A stretch of DNA of 63,135 nucleotides, the filler included, from Platydemus manokwari (Eukaryota), in the NCBI GenBank assembly GCA_037951405.1. It is 6 parts of 6 records of this genome, joined end to end, with 100 filler letters (N's around TTAATTAATTAA, not from the genome) between each part and the next. Parts side by side here need not be neighbours in the genome. Positions count along the whole stretch, not along the records: positions 1 to 9,139 come from JBBMOY011294428.1; positions 9,240 to 18,011 come from JBBMOY011352204.1; 4 more parts are not named here. The stretch is one strand, 5' to 3'. The notes under the pieces were generated by a model. It searched no databases, was not told the origin of the DNA, and was given only the letters and a program-made list of their open reading frames with translations. Below, in pieces: positions 1-14,555 of this stretch. The translations under genes and the position numbers were made by a program. Each line of letters begins with the position of its first letter. The first letter of the stretch is position 1.

Positions 1-3000
1 CTCTAAAACATTTCTATTAAGTGTACTTACGTAGCATAAAGTACTTTCTTAAAACACGTTGTCATAACTTTTTCTTTGGTAATTTATTTATTATTATAAG
101 TATTTTATAATCAATAAATATTTAAATAATTCATTAATATTGATATTAAAAATTATATGAATGATCGATTCATGTTTAAGTATATTAATGAAGTATGTTG
201 ATAAATTATACTTTTTATTTTAAAATTGTGATAGCTAACAGTCAAGCAGCTCGCAAGCATGTTTTCGTTTTATGACAATTTGATATTTTATCCTTTATAA
301 CAAATAATATAATCAATCTTATTTTTGTTAATCCGTTGATCCATAATTTTAGAATTTTAAAAATCTTGATATCTTTGTTTTGATAAAAAAATATATTTGT
401 TTAAAATATATTTATTCTTTTAATTCCTCTGGATTTTCAAAACATGGTTTTATCGATCACATTATATTTTTCAAATCTTCATCTTTATTTTTTAGTCTCT
501 CAATAAATATTTTGCAACATTAATATTTTTTACGAAATCAATATTTATTAAATTAAAAATAAATATCTTTTTAGAATTTGTTTGAATATTATTTTAAAAT
601 ATATATTCGGGGTTGAAATTCTAAAAATGGTTTTAAATTCGAATTTTATGAAATAGCAGAATCTAAACGCTCCAATCGATTATTATAAACCCATGACATT
701 ACTTTCCCTAACACATGAAGCAGTATATTATATCACAGGAATTTTACTTTGGATCGATTTAAAACTTGAAAAAGGACGAAAAATAGTAGAAAAAAATAAA
801 TGAATATTTTACTCAGCTAATTAAACCAAATCTGTTACAATGCTGCGAAGTTCTAAAGAACCAAATTAATCTATAGTTTTATATTCTTGTTATTTTTTGA
901 AAAGTTTTGTCGATTATTTTCGATAAAACTCTTAATTCGATGTTTTATTATTTAAAAAAAAAGTTATTTTCCATTCTGATGTCAGTGAAATAAAATGTCG
1001 ACAAAATAAGATTGATATTAAGTTCTACTACCAATATAAAGTAATTTTTCTCATCAATTAAATGTTATTCAAATTGAAAAAACGAGACCAACTTATCTGA
1101 TCGAATAAGAAAAGCTCAGCAATTATCCTCAATTATTCTTCATTAATTACATTAGTAGAGATTAAATTATTTTAATTAATGATTTTATTTATCCTTATTC
1201 ATTCATAGATTGACTTTGGTCACGTGAATCTAGTTGTTGAGAATGATTTCTTTCATCGTAATCCACAATAGACATCAACCGTTATGATTATTAATAAAAT
1301 ATATCGATTTTTCCTTACTCCGATATTCACTATTTTAATTTCCCTAATTAAAAACAACATGTGAACATTCGTTAAAAATAACAAAAGCGTTATCTGGTGG
1401 ATAAAATAATCACTTATCAAGTCATAGAAATATAATTGGTGATAATCAAAGGTATGTCAACAACAATGACTATGAAATTCATTTCATTCATTACTGGTCT
1501 TTATACCAGATAAAATCGATTATCTAATTCTCTGATAATTTCAGAATAATTCACTCACTACTCCACTAAGCTGCCTGACTAGAACAGGAAATCGCATTCT
1601 CATTTTCATTCAACCATTAATAAACGAAGGCGCCCATACTAAAACTATGGTTCTCTAACTTGATAATCATTTTGTACGAGCGACTGTGTTTCACTAGTAT
1701 TGGGTTGATATCAATTGGAAAACCAATGAGTCTGGGTTTGATGAGAAGATAATCATAAGCATCTGATGAGAAGATGGAATAAATGTATGAAAATTACAAC
1801 AGTCAGACCAGTAGGCATTTATTTGTTGGGATTTAGAGTTTTATGGAAATGGAATAAAAATCGACCAGTGTTAATATAGAAAAATAATATGAAGAGGATT
1901 GGGTGAAACCTATATTTTAAAGAGAATAGATTTCGACATTCGTGAGTTCGAATTGGAAAAGTTTAGAGAAAGGTTTCATGAAGTATTTCCTCATTGTTAC
2001 GATTTTTAGGATTTAGTTGGTTAGTTTTAGATTGTGAGCATTTTAAATTGAATCGAAAAAAATTAAATATTATATTTTGTATAAAATTTAATTCCGTATA
2101 AAATTTTCTTGGCTACGTTAAAAAAAGGGTTCTAAAATGAAATTTTATATTTGTGGAGTGTATTGCAAAAATCTATATAGTTTATTTAATCAAATTCTTT
2201 GTAAACATTTGGAATTTTTTATTTAAGTACTTGAGAAAAGTTTTAGTTATTTAGAATCAAATAATATATGCAGAGAATTTTTAAAATTTACTAAAAATTA
2301 ATTATTTTAAAAACTGGTCAAAGTAGAACCCCTTTTAAACATTAGAATCAAATGGAATGATATATCTAAGATTTTTAGAGTTAATTTATGAAAATGTGAC
2401 TTGGAAATAATTGAGGAATTATTTATCAAAGTACAAAATTTGTAAATTCCTTGCAAATGAAGAAATAGTTTGGCATAGAAAAATAATTCGAGGCCTAAAT
2501 ATGGTCGTAGAAATTGACGAGGCCTATTTTGGGAGTGCCAAATATAGTAGCAGGCTTTGAAGACCTGGTTTTTGAGTTTTTGAAAGACGAGACACATAAT
2601 AAGGACGGATTTCTTATTATTTCTACTCAACAACCGATGCGCACCGACTCTAGAAATAATAAATACAAGCTAAATAGAAATTTTATGTTTAAAATGATAC
2701 TTTGATTTAACTGTAGGTTTGTGAAACCATGATCCATAATATATGAGGATTGTTAGAGTTGATTTTTGGTTTTTAATCTAAAATTAAATTATACGTAAAA
2801 GTTTCATTAAAATATGATTGCAAATAAATATTTATTTTAAATAACTCTGGAAAAATCATTACATTTAAATTGGGTCAAAGATCACTTTTTCTTAACTTAA
2901 GCCAATTTTTTGTATAAAATCAAATTCATTGGTTTAAATAATTAACTTTAAATATATTTTGATATCGTGTCTTTTCAGTTAGTTTTTAATGTGTGGGTTC

Positions 3001-6000
3001 TGAAATGGTAGCATTCATTATTCCAACAAAAACTATTTATTTCTATTTTTGTACATCTTTTTCCAAGAAAAGTAATTTCGTTATCAAGCGTCGGGCATTT
3101 TTACCAAGATCTCATAATCTGTTATTTGAATTCTTGGCTAGTTTCATACCCGAATCTCATTTTCTACTCAATATTAGTTTTACAACTGATATCAAGTCTT
3201 TGGAATTGCAGCCGAGTAATAATAAGAATATCTTAACCGGAAAAATTGAATGTCTGAAATGAACGCACCTTAAGAAAAATATTTCTTTTAGTCTTACAGA
3301 ATTAAATTTCCACACCATTTGAATTTGAGATTTATTAAAGTACAGATTTTATTTTTTTTTATTCTTGGATTCAAACTGCTTGATATGAAACGAGAAGCCT
3401 TCGATTTCATGATGACATCAGGGAGTCATCTGCCATTCAAAAATATCATTTGGTTTTTAATATATTTTTTATGGTGTAATGTTGGAGCAAAAACCAACTT
3501 CGGAAGATAATTTTAAAGTAAGCACAACTCTTCAAGTACCGCGTCCAAGCCCCGATTTAATATTTTAATACTAGTAAAATATAATTGATTTATCTAGAAC
3601 TGTTTTATTACAAGTATTATTAAATTTGATCACAACTGATATTATCTGAGGTAAATTCACAGTAACAGATATTTATAAATTCATATTCTCAAATCTTTCA
3701 TCTAATGCTGCGAATGTGAATTCCTTTGTATAGAAATTTTAATTATAGTCCGTGCTAATAATAATTTATAGTTTCCAGCATCATTAATAGATTTGTCTGT
3801 GAAGATAGCTCGAAGATTGTATTGTACTTTTGTATTATCAGAAAAAATCATCTCGGAATCCTTCTCAAGTCAATGTTGATCTATAATTATTTGTTTCTTT
3901 ATCTTACAATCTTGGGAAGAATTTTATGCGATAATATTTATGGCATAAACAAAATCACCGAGAAAATATTTTATATTTTGGTTTGTTTTCAGATAAATAA
4001 TTATTCTCTTTCACATTGGAATTGAAAATATATATTGTAGATATTAAAACAAACTTGCCGATTTTCAAGAATGTTAAAAAATCAACCTCAACTGACTGGA
4101 TTACAAAAAGAAAAATAAGTGTTTCATATAATTTTAAATCTAGATATTTCCCACAAGTGTTGTTGGAAATTTGTTTCGATTTTTTAGGAACATATTTGCG
4201 AGGATATAAAAATTTTAATTTTAAGAAGTTTTATAAGATCATATTAAAAGATATTAATTTATTGAAAAAATTGTTCTTAAATAGTTAATTTGATATCGTG
4301 ACTTTCATTTCGTTTCCAACGCGCCCTTTATAAATTATTAACGACTTACAATATCAATATGAAAAAGGAAGATAAGAAAAACAATTCTGCAATCCCGTTT
4401 ATATTAATAATCAATTGATATACCTTTAATGGTTGTCTTTATAATGTTATACGTTGAACGACAGTCCCAAAATCCCAACCCAAATGTGATTTCAAACTCA
4501 ATCAAATCAGATATTAACATTTAGATCTTTTTATTTATTGTTTTTAAACTTTTAAAAGCTGTTGTTTTAACTTTGCTTGTGATTGATGATACAATTCTTA
4601 AGAAAATTATAATTATTTCTTGTATTGGGTGAGCATGATTTTGCAAATATTCTAAATCGTAAGTTGGAATAACAAAAAGACGATAAAGGTAAAATAAAGA
4701 TAATAAAAAATTGAATAAATTATAATGGAGGTATTAAATAAATATTTATAATTAATGATAATAATAATGCTAATAATGATAATAGTAGTAGTAGTAATTG
4801 TAATGATAATAGTAGTAGTAATAATTATTATAATAATAATAGTAATAATAATATTAATTCTTACTAGAAACTATTGACTGCAAAGATCTTTGAGAGCAAA
4901 TTTTATACGATCTTTAATCATAGCACTCTCGTAAATTTTTGTTACTATTTGCTTCTTGCTCAATGTTTTGGTTTCGTAAATAAATCTTATCCAATATTAA
5001 CCCTTATTGTCCATACTCTCAAATATCAAATTGTAACATTTATATTGAATGATTAACGTGTATATTTATTATTTACTGCAGGGGCACAAATAATCCTTTT
5101 TTCCAACAATCAATCTACAGAACGTCAAATCTTTTTCTGATAATTTTGTCCTCATTAGAGTTACTGTAGCCCTCTAGAACAGTAAGAGCTACCATAAAAC
5201 TCTCCATCAAAACACACACACATATATATCGGTATGAAAATAAGAACATAACATAAAAATAGAACTCCTCGAGTGGTGACGAAGATGATATGAATGAAAA
5301 TTAATTTTAGAAAAAGATTCTTTTAATTTTATTACTTTATTTAGAAGAATTAAAAAAATTATGAAATTTATCGTATATTATATATTTTCCTTGATAACAG
5401 CTTATCTAACTAAATTGACTGTGTATAATGCGAGGTAGATCCGGACCAGTCCAGACACACTTCATAATACTAAATAAAACCAAATAAATTATATAAACTC
5501 ATATTTGACAAAAATCATCTGAAAAACAAAAATAATTTGTTCGTCATTTCAACTCGGAGTACTCCGAACAACAGAATGTTATTGGTAACTTGGTTATTGA
5601 TTTGATAAAAATGATAGTTAAAATACAATTTCAATGACTGGTATTTATATCTTTTGCTCATCTCTATCTCAAAGGAGCAATTAATAATAAAAATACACTG
5701 AAATCATGTTGGAGGAGGAAATATATTAAAAAATATATTTAAAATGGTTTTTGTTATAAGAAACCATATCAATTGAATTGATAACCTCATTGGTGAATAT
5801 TTATTATCAGGATAAAATAAGGTAAATCTGAAAGTCTTAACACTGTCAAGAAAATTGAAGTTGTGAGTTACTGAAATCCTGTCCGTATTAATCCGAACAC
5901 AATTTTTAGCTGCTACTATTTCGGTAAACACGGATTGAAAGTGAATAAACAAGTTCAACTTAAAAATGTATTATTTTAATTTAAATTTTTTTATTTTTAT

Positions 6001-8166
6001 TTATTTAAAATAATTAAAATTATTTCTGAAAGCTTAAAAATCAACACACTTATTCTTAAAATTCTTTGATTTTCTTCGCATATCTTGGTATTGAATTCTC
6101 CATTTATTCACTGTAGTTTTTATCAAATTCTCTTTATTCTCTACATTTATCTCCTCTTTACATTCTATCTAATATTTTTCTGTTTGTGCTCTGTAAACTT
6201 ATTTTCTTTATCCTTTCTATTTCCTCTATTTTCGCTGAATTTTCTATATTCTCTTTATGTTGTATCTTCTCTACATCTATCGATGTCTCTCTTATCTATC
6301 AGTGTGTTTTGTCAATATTTCTGAATTTATTTTAACAAACACAATTTAATGTTTTGCTTCCAAATCGTATATCCTGTGACCGTTTCTCTGATGCATTCCA
6401 AACAAAGAAATCAATTTCTTGGGATGACTTATTTGGAAAATTGTCTCTCATCTTCATTCAACCAATCAAAAACTTGATAATTTGAAAATTAAAAGGTCAA
6501 GTAATATAAATGAATCAAAATCTAAATAGGCAAAACATTCTAAATAAGCTGAAAGAAAAGTTCCTTTGGGAAGCGAAAGCATCCTTTTGGTGTAGCAATA
6601 GTTTAAAACATCTATTATCGTTTCCCTAATGAATATTACAATGCAATTTTTTAAAGACTTTAATCTTGTTCAAAGTAGTTCAATGCCCACCCTATAAATC
6701 ATGTTGTGGGTAGCAGAATCATGTAATCATTAAAATACTCAATTATATTTAAAATATTCTCAAGAAAACATGGAACAAATACATTCCGCTTATGACTTTG
6801 AACAAAGTGCAGATCTAAGCTCCGTTCTTCATTAAAATACTGTAAATAATCTAGTAGTAGAATAGAATTATCTAGTCAAATAGAACCACTCAATCAGAGC
6901 TACACTTTCCGGATTCTCAGTCGCTTTTTGTAATTCTTAGTTATTTCGTAGTCTTACTAAAATTTCATTGAGAGGCTCAAATTAACTAGAAAATCTCTCT
7001 GTCAAGATTGTATGATAACTCTTTCACTAATGCTGTATTACATTTACGGTTTCTCATTGAATTACGAAAATCACTATAAATCTCAAAGTCCATATTTTTC
7101 ATTCATTTTTAGCTTATTTCAAAAAACAAGTTTACTTCTTTCCTTAATACATAAGCTACAAAGAGCGCCTATGAATGAAGATGAATTGAATGATATAGAA
7201 ATATCATAAATGTACGGAAATATTGAGCCTAGGAAGGCCATCATATGATAAAGATATTGAGTGGGGTATAAATTCCTCTCTTAAAAAATAGCAATAATTC
7301 GAAAACTAAAAATAAATTTAAAAAAATGAAATTTAAATAACTACAAGACCAAAATAGTGAAAATTCCTTATCGGCAGACTTATCATTTTCTGTGTGTCCA
7401 TGTTTAATCGAAATGTCACGAGGTACGTGAATCAATTATTCAAGTGTGAATCGATATTTTGAAAGACAGACAAGAGATCAGAACAGCCTGTTCTTGTGAA
7501 AACATTGGAGTGAAAAAATATTTTAATTTCGCTGTCACAATGGGTCTGCTACGACAAATATTTTTTAATGTTTGTTCGAATTCCTCTCCAGGTATTTAAT
7601 TTCTTTTTGGATTTAATGTTAACCATTATGGTATTACATAATTTTCAATCTACTTGGCTTGGATCCAGTCCGACAAAATCATAACTAATTTTAAAATTCA
7701 ATTATAAAATTATCCATCTTATTTTTCGTGTTTGCCCGACTTTTAGATTATGATCATCTGTAAAGCTGCTATCAAATAGAACTCTTACCGCTATCCAACA
7801 TAAGAACACATATAAACGCTCACAAAAAACGATCGTCGTGTCAATGTTTAACTTAATTTATTCCTGATTATTTGTTATTATTTTGACTTGCAATTATATT
7901 TCAAATTCCGTTTATTTTATTTTACTTATAACTGTGCTAAATTTCTTTTAAAGATTTCACATACTGAAGGCATGTTATAATAATAACTTTAGTCATTAGG
8001 TCGTAACAACTTATTAATTTTTACGATTTTGAGAACCTTTACATATCTAATCTAAATCAAGATTATAAAACCCAGTAGAACATAACAATAAGTGGAAGTT
8101 GACCCTCTAGACTCTTTCTTTCAATATTTAGGGCGTTTCGTAATTCCATTATTAATATGATATACA

Positions 8167-8235
8167 TGTGTGTGGGTGTGAGAGAGTGTGTATGTGAGAG
8201 AGAGAAAAAGCAAGAGAGAAAGAGAGAGAGAGAGA
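8167..8235. repeat. Imperfect (GT)/(GA) microsatellite
   Basis: GT and GA dinucleotide runs. Confidence 0.85.
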
Positions 8236-9066
8236 ATGTTTTCGCTTTCATGTTTTTGAAGATCGTTTGTAATTCTCATAAAATAACCATTTCGTAAATT
8301 ATCAAATCATCGAGAGACAGAAAATATTTTCAGAAAACAGTGTCATCCATCTTGTCAACAATTAATAAAAACCCCGAAATTCCATGACAGCAATCAAATC
8401 GATTTTTCAAATAACCTTTAATTCTTTACATTTTTGAAATCCATTAAATACTTTTTGTGCCAAAACCTTAAGCAAAAAATCGATAAATAAAATAAAAAAT
8501 ATAAATTAAAAAAGCTGAAAATTTCTCGGCATTAATTATGATTCACTGTTAGTACAGATGATATTTTTTGCCTTATTTCTGATGAAAGTAAATAAAATAT
8601 AATTATTAGTGAAAGGTAATTATATCAACTCAATACCAGTTATCGTGCCTTATCAAACTTATGAATTCCAACTGAGATTTAATATTTTCTTTTCTCCATT
8701 ACTAGAGTTTTCCCTATCAAGTTAAAATAAGAAGATTAGAGACAGTGGAAATTAGATTATGATGCGAAAATTTTAAATATTCCTAATTTATTAATTACAC
8801 GATAATAGATTCGATTCTCTTAGAATTTTAGAAATTATATATTCGATCAATATGTTAAGTAATTGATTATCGATAATTAATAATCGATATTTGAACAATA
8901 GCTCAAATTTTGTTTAGGTTGAGATATTTATTCAGATTTTTAAAGGGTTTTAGCTTTTAAAATAAGAGGAAATCAATGTTTTGAATAATTAGAAGTATTT
9001 GGCTTGCTTAAATCAGTAATGAAAATTTTCACGGATTTATAAATCATTGATAAATAAAATCTAAAC

Positions 9067-9139
<73 letters not shown>
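9067..9139. repeat. (AAT)n microsatellite abutting a gap
   Basis: Perfect AAT run seen directly. Confidence 0.97.
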
Positions 9140-9555
9140 NNNNNNNNNNNNNNNNNNNNNNNNNNNNNNNNNNNNNNNNNNNNTTAATTAATTAANNNNN
9201 NNNNNNNNNNNNNNNNNNNNNNNNNNNNNNNNNNNNNNNATTAAAAGTTAAATCTGTGATCTCTTGCTTAATTCTCGTGATATAATGTAACTAACATTGA
9301 TACCTGCCAATATTTCGTTAGAATTTCGAATTTGATACAAATTTAGGACCTTTACAAACTTATATTTAAAAAAAAACTCAAATTTATCATTTAAAAGTTA
9401 ATTATTTTGAAAAGTTTTAATAAAAATTTTATAATTCTTATAAATATAACCACTATCAATTCTGTTATCATTGGATTGGACAGTTGTTATTTTATCTTAA
9501 CATGCTACTATAATAATTATCTTAATTTTATAATTTTAAATATAAAAAGTAATTT

Positions 9556-10281
9556 TTACATGAAACTTGGTATGGTTCCTTTGGGGTCAATACTGATAAG
9601 CGTTCCGGGTACAAATTGAGCATGTTCATTAACACTGAGAAAACTATAAATTTGAGTGATTACTTGCTCAAAATAGCCATCAATCAATCTGATTTCCAAA
9701 AGATCATAAACATTTGATGACCAATACTTCGAATTGACATCTATCGTCAAACATATCCAATCGAAGTGAGCGAATGGTTTTATCGATCCATGTGGACATT
9801 CGTACGGTCCGAAAAAGCATTTCGCTAGAAATGTATACCGATGATGAGATAGATTGGAAAAATTGATGTATGGTTTCATTGTTGCCCGAATTGTTGGATT
9901 GAAATCCTTTTGCGTTTTATTTGTTTCGTTTGTTATCATTAGCCAGGCTTGGAAAGCGTTAAATGATGCATTTTCAATGGATATTTCAGGTAATTTATTG
10001 GAAAAATGAGGATAATTCAATTTAAGGCTCATTTGGGTTGACGGACAAACAGTAATATCCGGATAAACGAAGTGTTGAGGATCACCTTTTAAATCAATGT
10101 TTATAATGATTTTATAATCAAAAAATTTTTGTATCAAAAGAGAACTCTGAATAAGACAGGCAATAATTGAACCCATCAATATTATTAACCAAATCATTCT
10201 TGCAATTTTTGAACCGGTACACACCCTGATAAACCCATGGCCACTAGTAAAATATAAAAATTTAACAGTGGGATTTATCAT
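9556..10281 (-). CDS. DEG/ENaC (amiloride-sensitive sodium channel family) subunit, 5' exon; rest of gene unresolved
   Basis: Pre-TM1 'TSGHG' (HG motif), hydrophobic TM1 'MIWLIILMGSIIACLIQ', post-TM1 'FVYPDITVCP' (FPxVTxC-like) and 'FLAKCFFGPYEC...CLTI' extracellular cysteines. No TM2 is present. Possible donor GT at 9559-9558; downstream sequence runs into an N gap at 9140-9239. Confidence 0.85.
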   Translation of the reverse strand: MINPTVKFLYFTSGHGFIRVCTGSKIARMIWLIILMGSIIACLIQSSLLIQKFFDYKIIINIDLKGDPQHFVYPDITVCPSTQMSLKLNYPHFSNKLPEISIENASFNAFQAWLMITNETNKTQKDFNPTIRATMKPYINFSNLSHHRYTFLAKCFFGPYECPHGSIKPFAHFDWICLTIDVNSKYWSSNVYDLLEIRLIDGYFEQVITQIYSFLSVNEHAQFVPGTLISIDPKGTIPSFM

Positions 10282-13200
10282 TGCCTTAATAGGCTTTTAT
10301 AATGAAATTGTACTAGTCGATTTTGCCTTTATATATCACGAGTAAGAGTATGTTCTTCGTGAGATATTGAAAACAAATGTTTATCTTGTCAAATTGTGTA
10401 TATAACATCATTAATATGTCACCAATGTATGTTTATCTATTATTTTTAACTTTATTTTTTACGACAAAATATGAAAACAAAAATGAAAACAAAAAATATT
10501 TGTAAACATTGAATATACAAGTTTGTTTTGCAGTATATTTTAAAAACATTTTATAATAATATCAACAATATTATTATTCTAAGGCCTATGAAAGTTTTCT
10601 GTTCAGAACATTTGTCAATTGAAAACATAGTCCTTGGAAGACTAGTTCAGTAGTCATTTCCACTTATCGCTGTCGACCAGGATCTCATATAGATACACAG
10701 GTTCGTTTCATGATATTTTTCAGAAAATTTGTAAAACGATTTGAAATTATATTTTAAGGATGAAAAATGCTATTATTGTATGGGCTGTATTTTACGAAAG
10801 AAATTCATTTTTTGAAAAAAATAGGTTACGTGCTATCTCATGTTAATGTACAAGGATAATTTTTTGTCGCCACTAACGATTCGGTAAAGAAATCGATGCG
10901 TGTGTCTATGAGTTGAGTGGTGACGAGCAAGAAAAACAGGCAGATTCTGGCTCGTTGATTTTTAGTAATGTCTCTTAAAACATGCAGATCTCATGCTCAA
11001 CAATTCAGAGCCTTTCCAATCGAGCAAAGATACATCTATGTTGCAGTGTAGTAGCATTTCAATCTCTTTATCATTGCCCTTTTCGTTTGAGACAAATTTT
11101 TGTGCTAAAGTTGGTTAAATCGCCCTTCGTATTTCTAAAAAAACCTAGTTTGGCGATTAAATAATTTTAAAAGTCGACGTGAGGTCTTGTGTCACTGAGT
11201 TGCAAAAGGTCAAATTTTTATGAAATTTTAGCTACATCATTTTTAAAGGAAAAGTACAATATCAATGCTATTATGTAAAAAGCATATTACTAGACGAGAA
11301 CTGTAATCAGGGAATAAAATTTGTGCAAGAGTCATGTGCTCGTTTCGACTAATTGATATTTTAGGGTTGATCTTTGATTTGGATATATATCTTTTAAACA
11401 GCAAACCAACTTATCTGTGCATGGAGTCAGATAAAACGACCAGTTGAATTTGCTGTTAATATCAAACTTATCAATAAAAATGAGAAAAATACCGACTACT
11501 TTAATTGTTGAGTTCGATAATATATTGAAAAGATATTAATAGACGAAACTACATTCAAATAATTAGGTTGAAATAAATTCTTATTTTGATTGAAATGTTA
11601 CAAGAAAAAATCTCTCACAATTATAACTGAAATTTTGAAATTCCTTTCCACTTCTGAAAAAATCAAAATGAACGGAAACCGCAAAACAGTGCCCATCTGG
11701 AGTGTAAAAATCTATTATATCACACGGAAAAATATAAAATTAATTATATATAATCAATAACTTGTGTCAGGAAGGCACATTATGAGATAAGCCGCAGTAA
11801 AGACTGTATTCAACAGTCTGGAAAAGAAGTAGTTCTCTTTAAACGATTTATTCGACGATAATTTTTGCTTGAACCGATGGAGTATTTAGTGGTTTGCAAT
11901 TATTTATAATGAGAATGGTACTTGCATGCGTATGGCAGTGGAACAAGTAATTTTATTGTGTGGGTGAGATATTAATACCTATTATAAATTCTCATCTGAT
12001 ATAAAATGTATATTTTTCTATTGAGTTATGAGAAAAATTCCCAAACATTTTGTGGTTCCAGAGAATATTCTTTGAGTTACAAGGAAACCCACCATCTTCA
12101 ATGACAAAATCGGATCATTTTGATTAGTAACATTACTTAATTAGCACATTAAAGTTCTATAGATATATTAAATATTCTAAGTAGTGTGGTCTTATCTTAT
12201 TGTTTCTTTAGAAGCTCCAGTAACAAGTATTGATGAATATTCTAAGGGAAAATCGATCTAAAGGATTTTTGAAATATGTTATAGTGCAACTATGTGTTAG
12301 CTGATTGTAATTCTGAATATAAATGAATGTAATGATTTATTGATATTCAGAATATTGATTAAATGATTTGTAATAATCAAAAAATAAATAATATAACTAC
12401 CGCAATCGACAACGATGGTTTAGAAGATTGATTCTATTAAGAATATTTATTTTGAAAATCGAAAATATTAATCAACATAATGAAACACAAAAATTTAATA
12501 ACCTGTTGTCTAAGTGGATGGAGAAGATGTTGAAGATAGATTAAGTGAAAATATAATGGTGATACCATTTATGGTTAAATGGTCAAACAAATATCAATTA
12601 TATGGGATTAAGAGATGATAAACTAATAGTGCCGTTATAAATTTAAACAAAAGCATAATAATGAAAATATATTCACTCTCTGTTCTCCGAACAATGTAAA
12701 AATCCAAGTGATGATCAACTAATGATGGTTGAGATTAGTGTTTTAGAATTTTTCTGATTAATTTCTCGCAGAATAATGCTTTGAAGATGGCTTATTAACA
12801 ACTAATTTGATAGCTAGTTAATTACTGTGTGTCTCGTTGTGAATTGTGGCTTGATATTTATGATTTACCAATGATTCCATTAGCGTTGTGATTTTCTTAC
12901 GGATTATATTTTCAAATCGTAAAAATATTCTGACCCTAATTTTGAAGTAATTATTATTTTCGTACTTTTAATTATAATAAAATTATTGATTAATATTAAA
13001 ATTTTATCGTTTCTTATTATTTTATTATTTAATACTCATTATAATTTTGTCACTAAATATTTATTACTTTCTTATTTTATAGTTGCCATTATAATCAACT
13101 CTACCATGTATATTTTAATTTACATGGAATATTGCGAGAAAAAGTGATAAAAGGTAAAATTTTAAGTATTCAACAGCATTGATACATAAAATCTACTTTT

Positions 13201-13985
13201 CAATAATTAATTACACAGTACCAATTCAATGGTATTTGTAAGAAAATCAATCATTACAATCGGTTATTTTTCGAGAATTGTTCATTCACAGATTGGATTG
13301 AAATTGATACGGCTTTGATAGAAATACGACAAAATAATAGAAATGCAATTAATAGCGAAGGGAAAATTGGGAATAGGAAACTTAAAATAGGTTGCGATTT
13401 AAGGTTTGTTGGAGATGATTTTGTGAATTGGATTTCTAAAATTATATTTTCAAAGTGCTTTTGAGCTAGGTCAGGCTCGAACAAATAAATAATTGTTTTA
13501 TTTGATGACAGATTTTATTTTTATTTGAAAAGAGGCACTGTTTGGTTCAGTAAGTACTCGATTATGGGTACTGTTATAATCAATTTTGTGAGTTCTATAA
13601 ATCTGAAAACAATTTAGTTCCGCCGACACTTGAATGACGCATAGAAATTCAAAAACTTATTGATTCTTTAACACAAAATGATACCAGTCTCTCTGTAACT
13701 AAATATTTTGAATATCCTGCCATTATGCTCAACAAAAGTCTTACAATGCGAACTATTTGATATTCCAGTTTTATAAAATTTATCATTTATCATTTACCCT
13801 TCATGTTATTGATTACTTAAACAGAAAATAATAGTATCACTACAAAAACTAGAATTATATAAACAATCACAAGAAAGATTCATTCAAATAATTATTTTTT
13901 TCAAAGATGAGAGAATTTATTGATCAGTAAATAATGTTGGGTATTATGATCAGCAATTTAAACATGAAAACTATATCAAACAAAA

Positions 13986-14555
13986 TGTTACAATCTCAGT
14001 CACAATAACTACAGTTAAACCTCTTTTCTAATCACCGATAGTCTATCACACAAAATTGGATCAGCACCCAGAAGTCAAAGATAGAATCCAAAACAACCAA
14101 AAAAAACTGGTTACTAAAAATCACGCAAAGTTAAGATTAATAAACAAGTTACCGACCAAACAAGACTGGTAGTTACTCATGGAACTCAACCTCCTTTATA
14201 GACCTATTGACTGTGTCTGTTTGATGTCACGGATTTTCGTTTGCCATATGCTGAATTCATTCGTATATCGGCCTATTTGCAATTTTCATCGTATATCTTA
14301 TGCTATTGGCAGATATTTGAGCTTGTTGCCATTTGTAAGTATGTGCCTGTTGATTCTTAACTTCTAAATATGGATAAATATTAGGACTAATCTGATTGGC
14401 TGACGGCCCATGTGCTTATTGGATCTGTGCGTGTCGACCCTTTATAGGGTTATTTCCTAGGATCCTCTAAACCTTTTTATTGATTTGTGATCTACCCAAC
14501 AATAATACAGATGTCTTTTTGTGGTGTAAGAAATTCAGATATTGATTTTATGACA
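13986..14555 (-). mobile_element. Solo-LTR-like repeat, 570 bp
   Basis: TG...CA ends with near-identical 5-bp flanks (CAAAA/CAAAT). CCAAT box and TATA-like TATAAAG on the minus strand. Shares several blocks with the 37983-38552 copy. Confidence 0.6.

Noticed and set aside
5554-5567. Perfect 14-bp palindrome TCGGAGTACTCCGA
   Set aside because: Isolated; palindromes of this length are expected by chance in 63 kb.
2307-8251. Many 60-110 aa F/I/L/K/N-rich ORFs
   Set aside because: Composition reflects AT-rich noncoding DNA; no motifs or consistent splice structure.
9184-9195. TTAATTAATTAA palindrome inside N runs (also near 18056, 27229, 41926, 54309)
   Set aside because: Identical spacer with stops in all six frames placed mid-gap; an assembly artefact, not biology.
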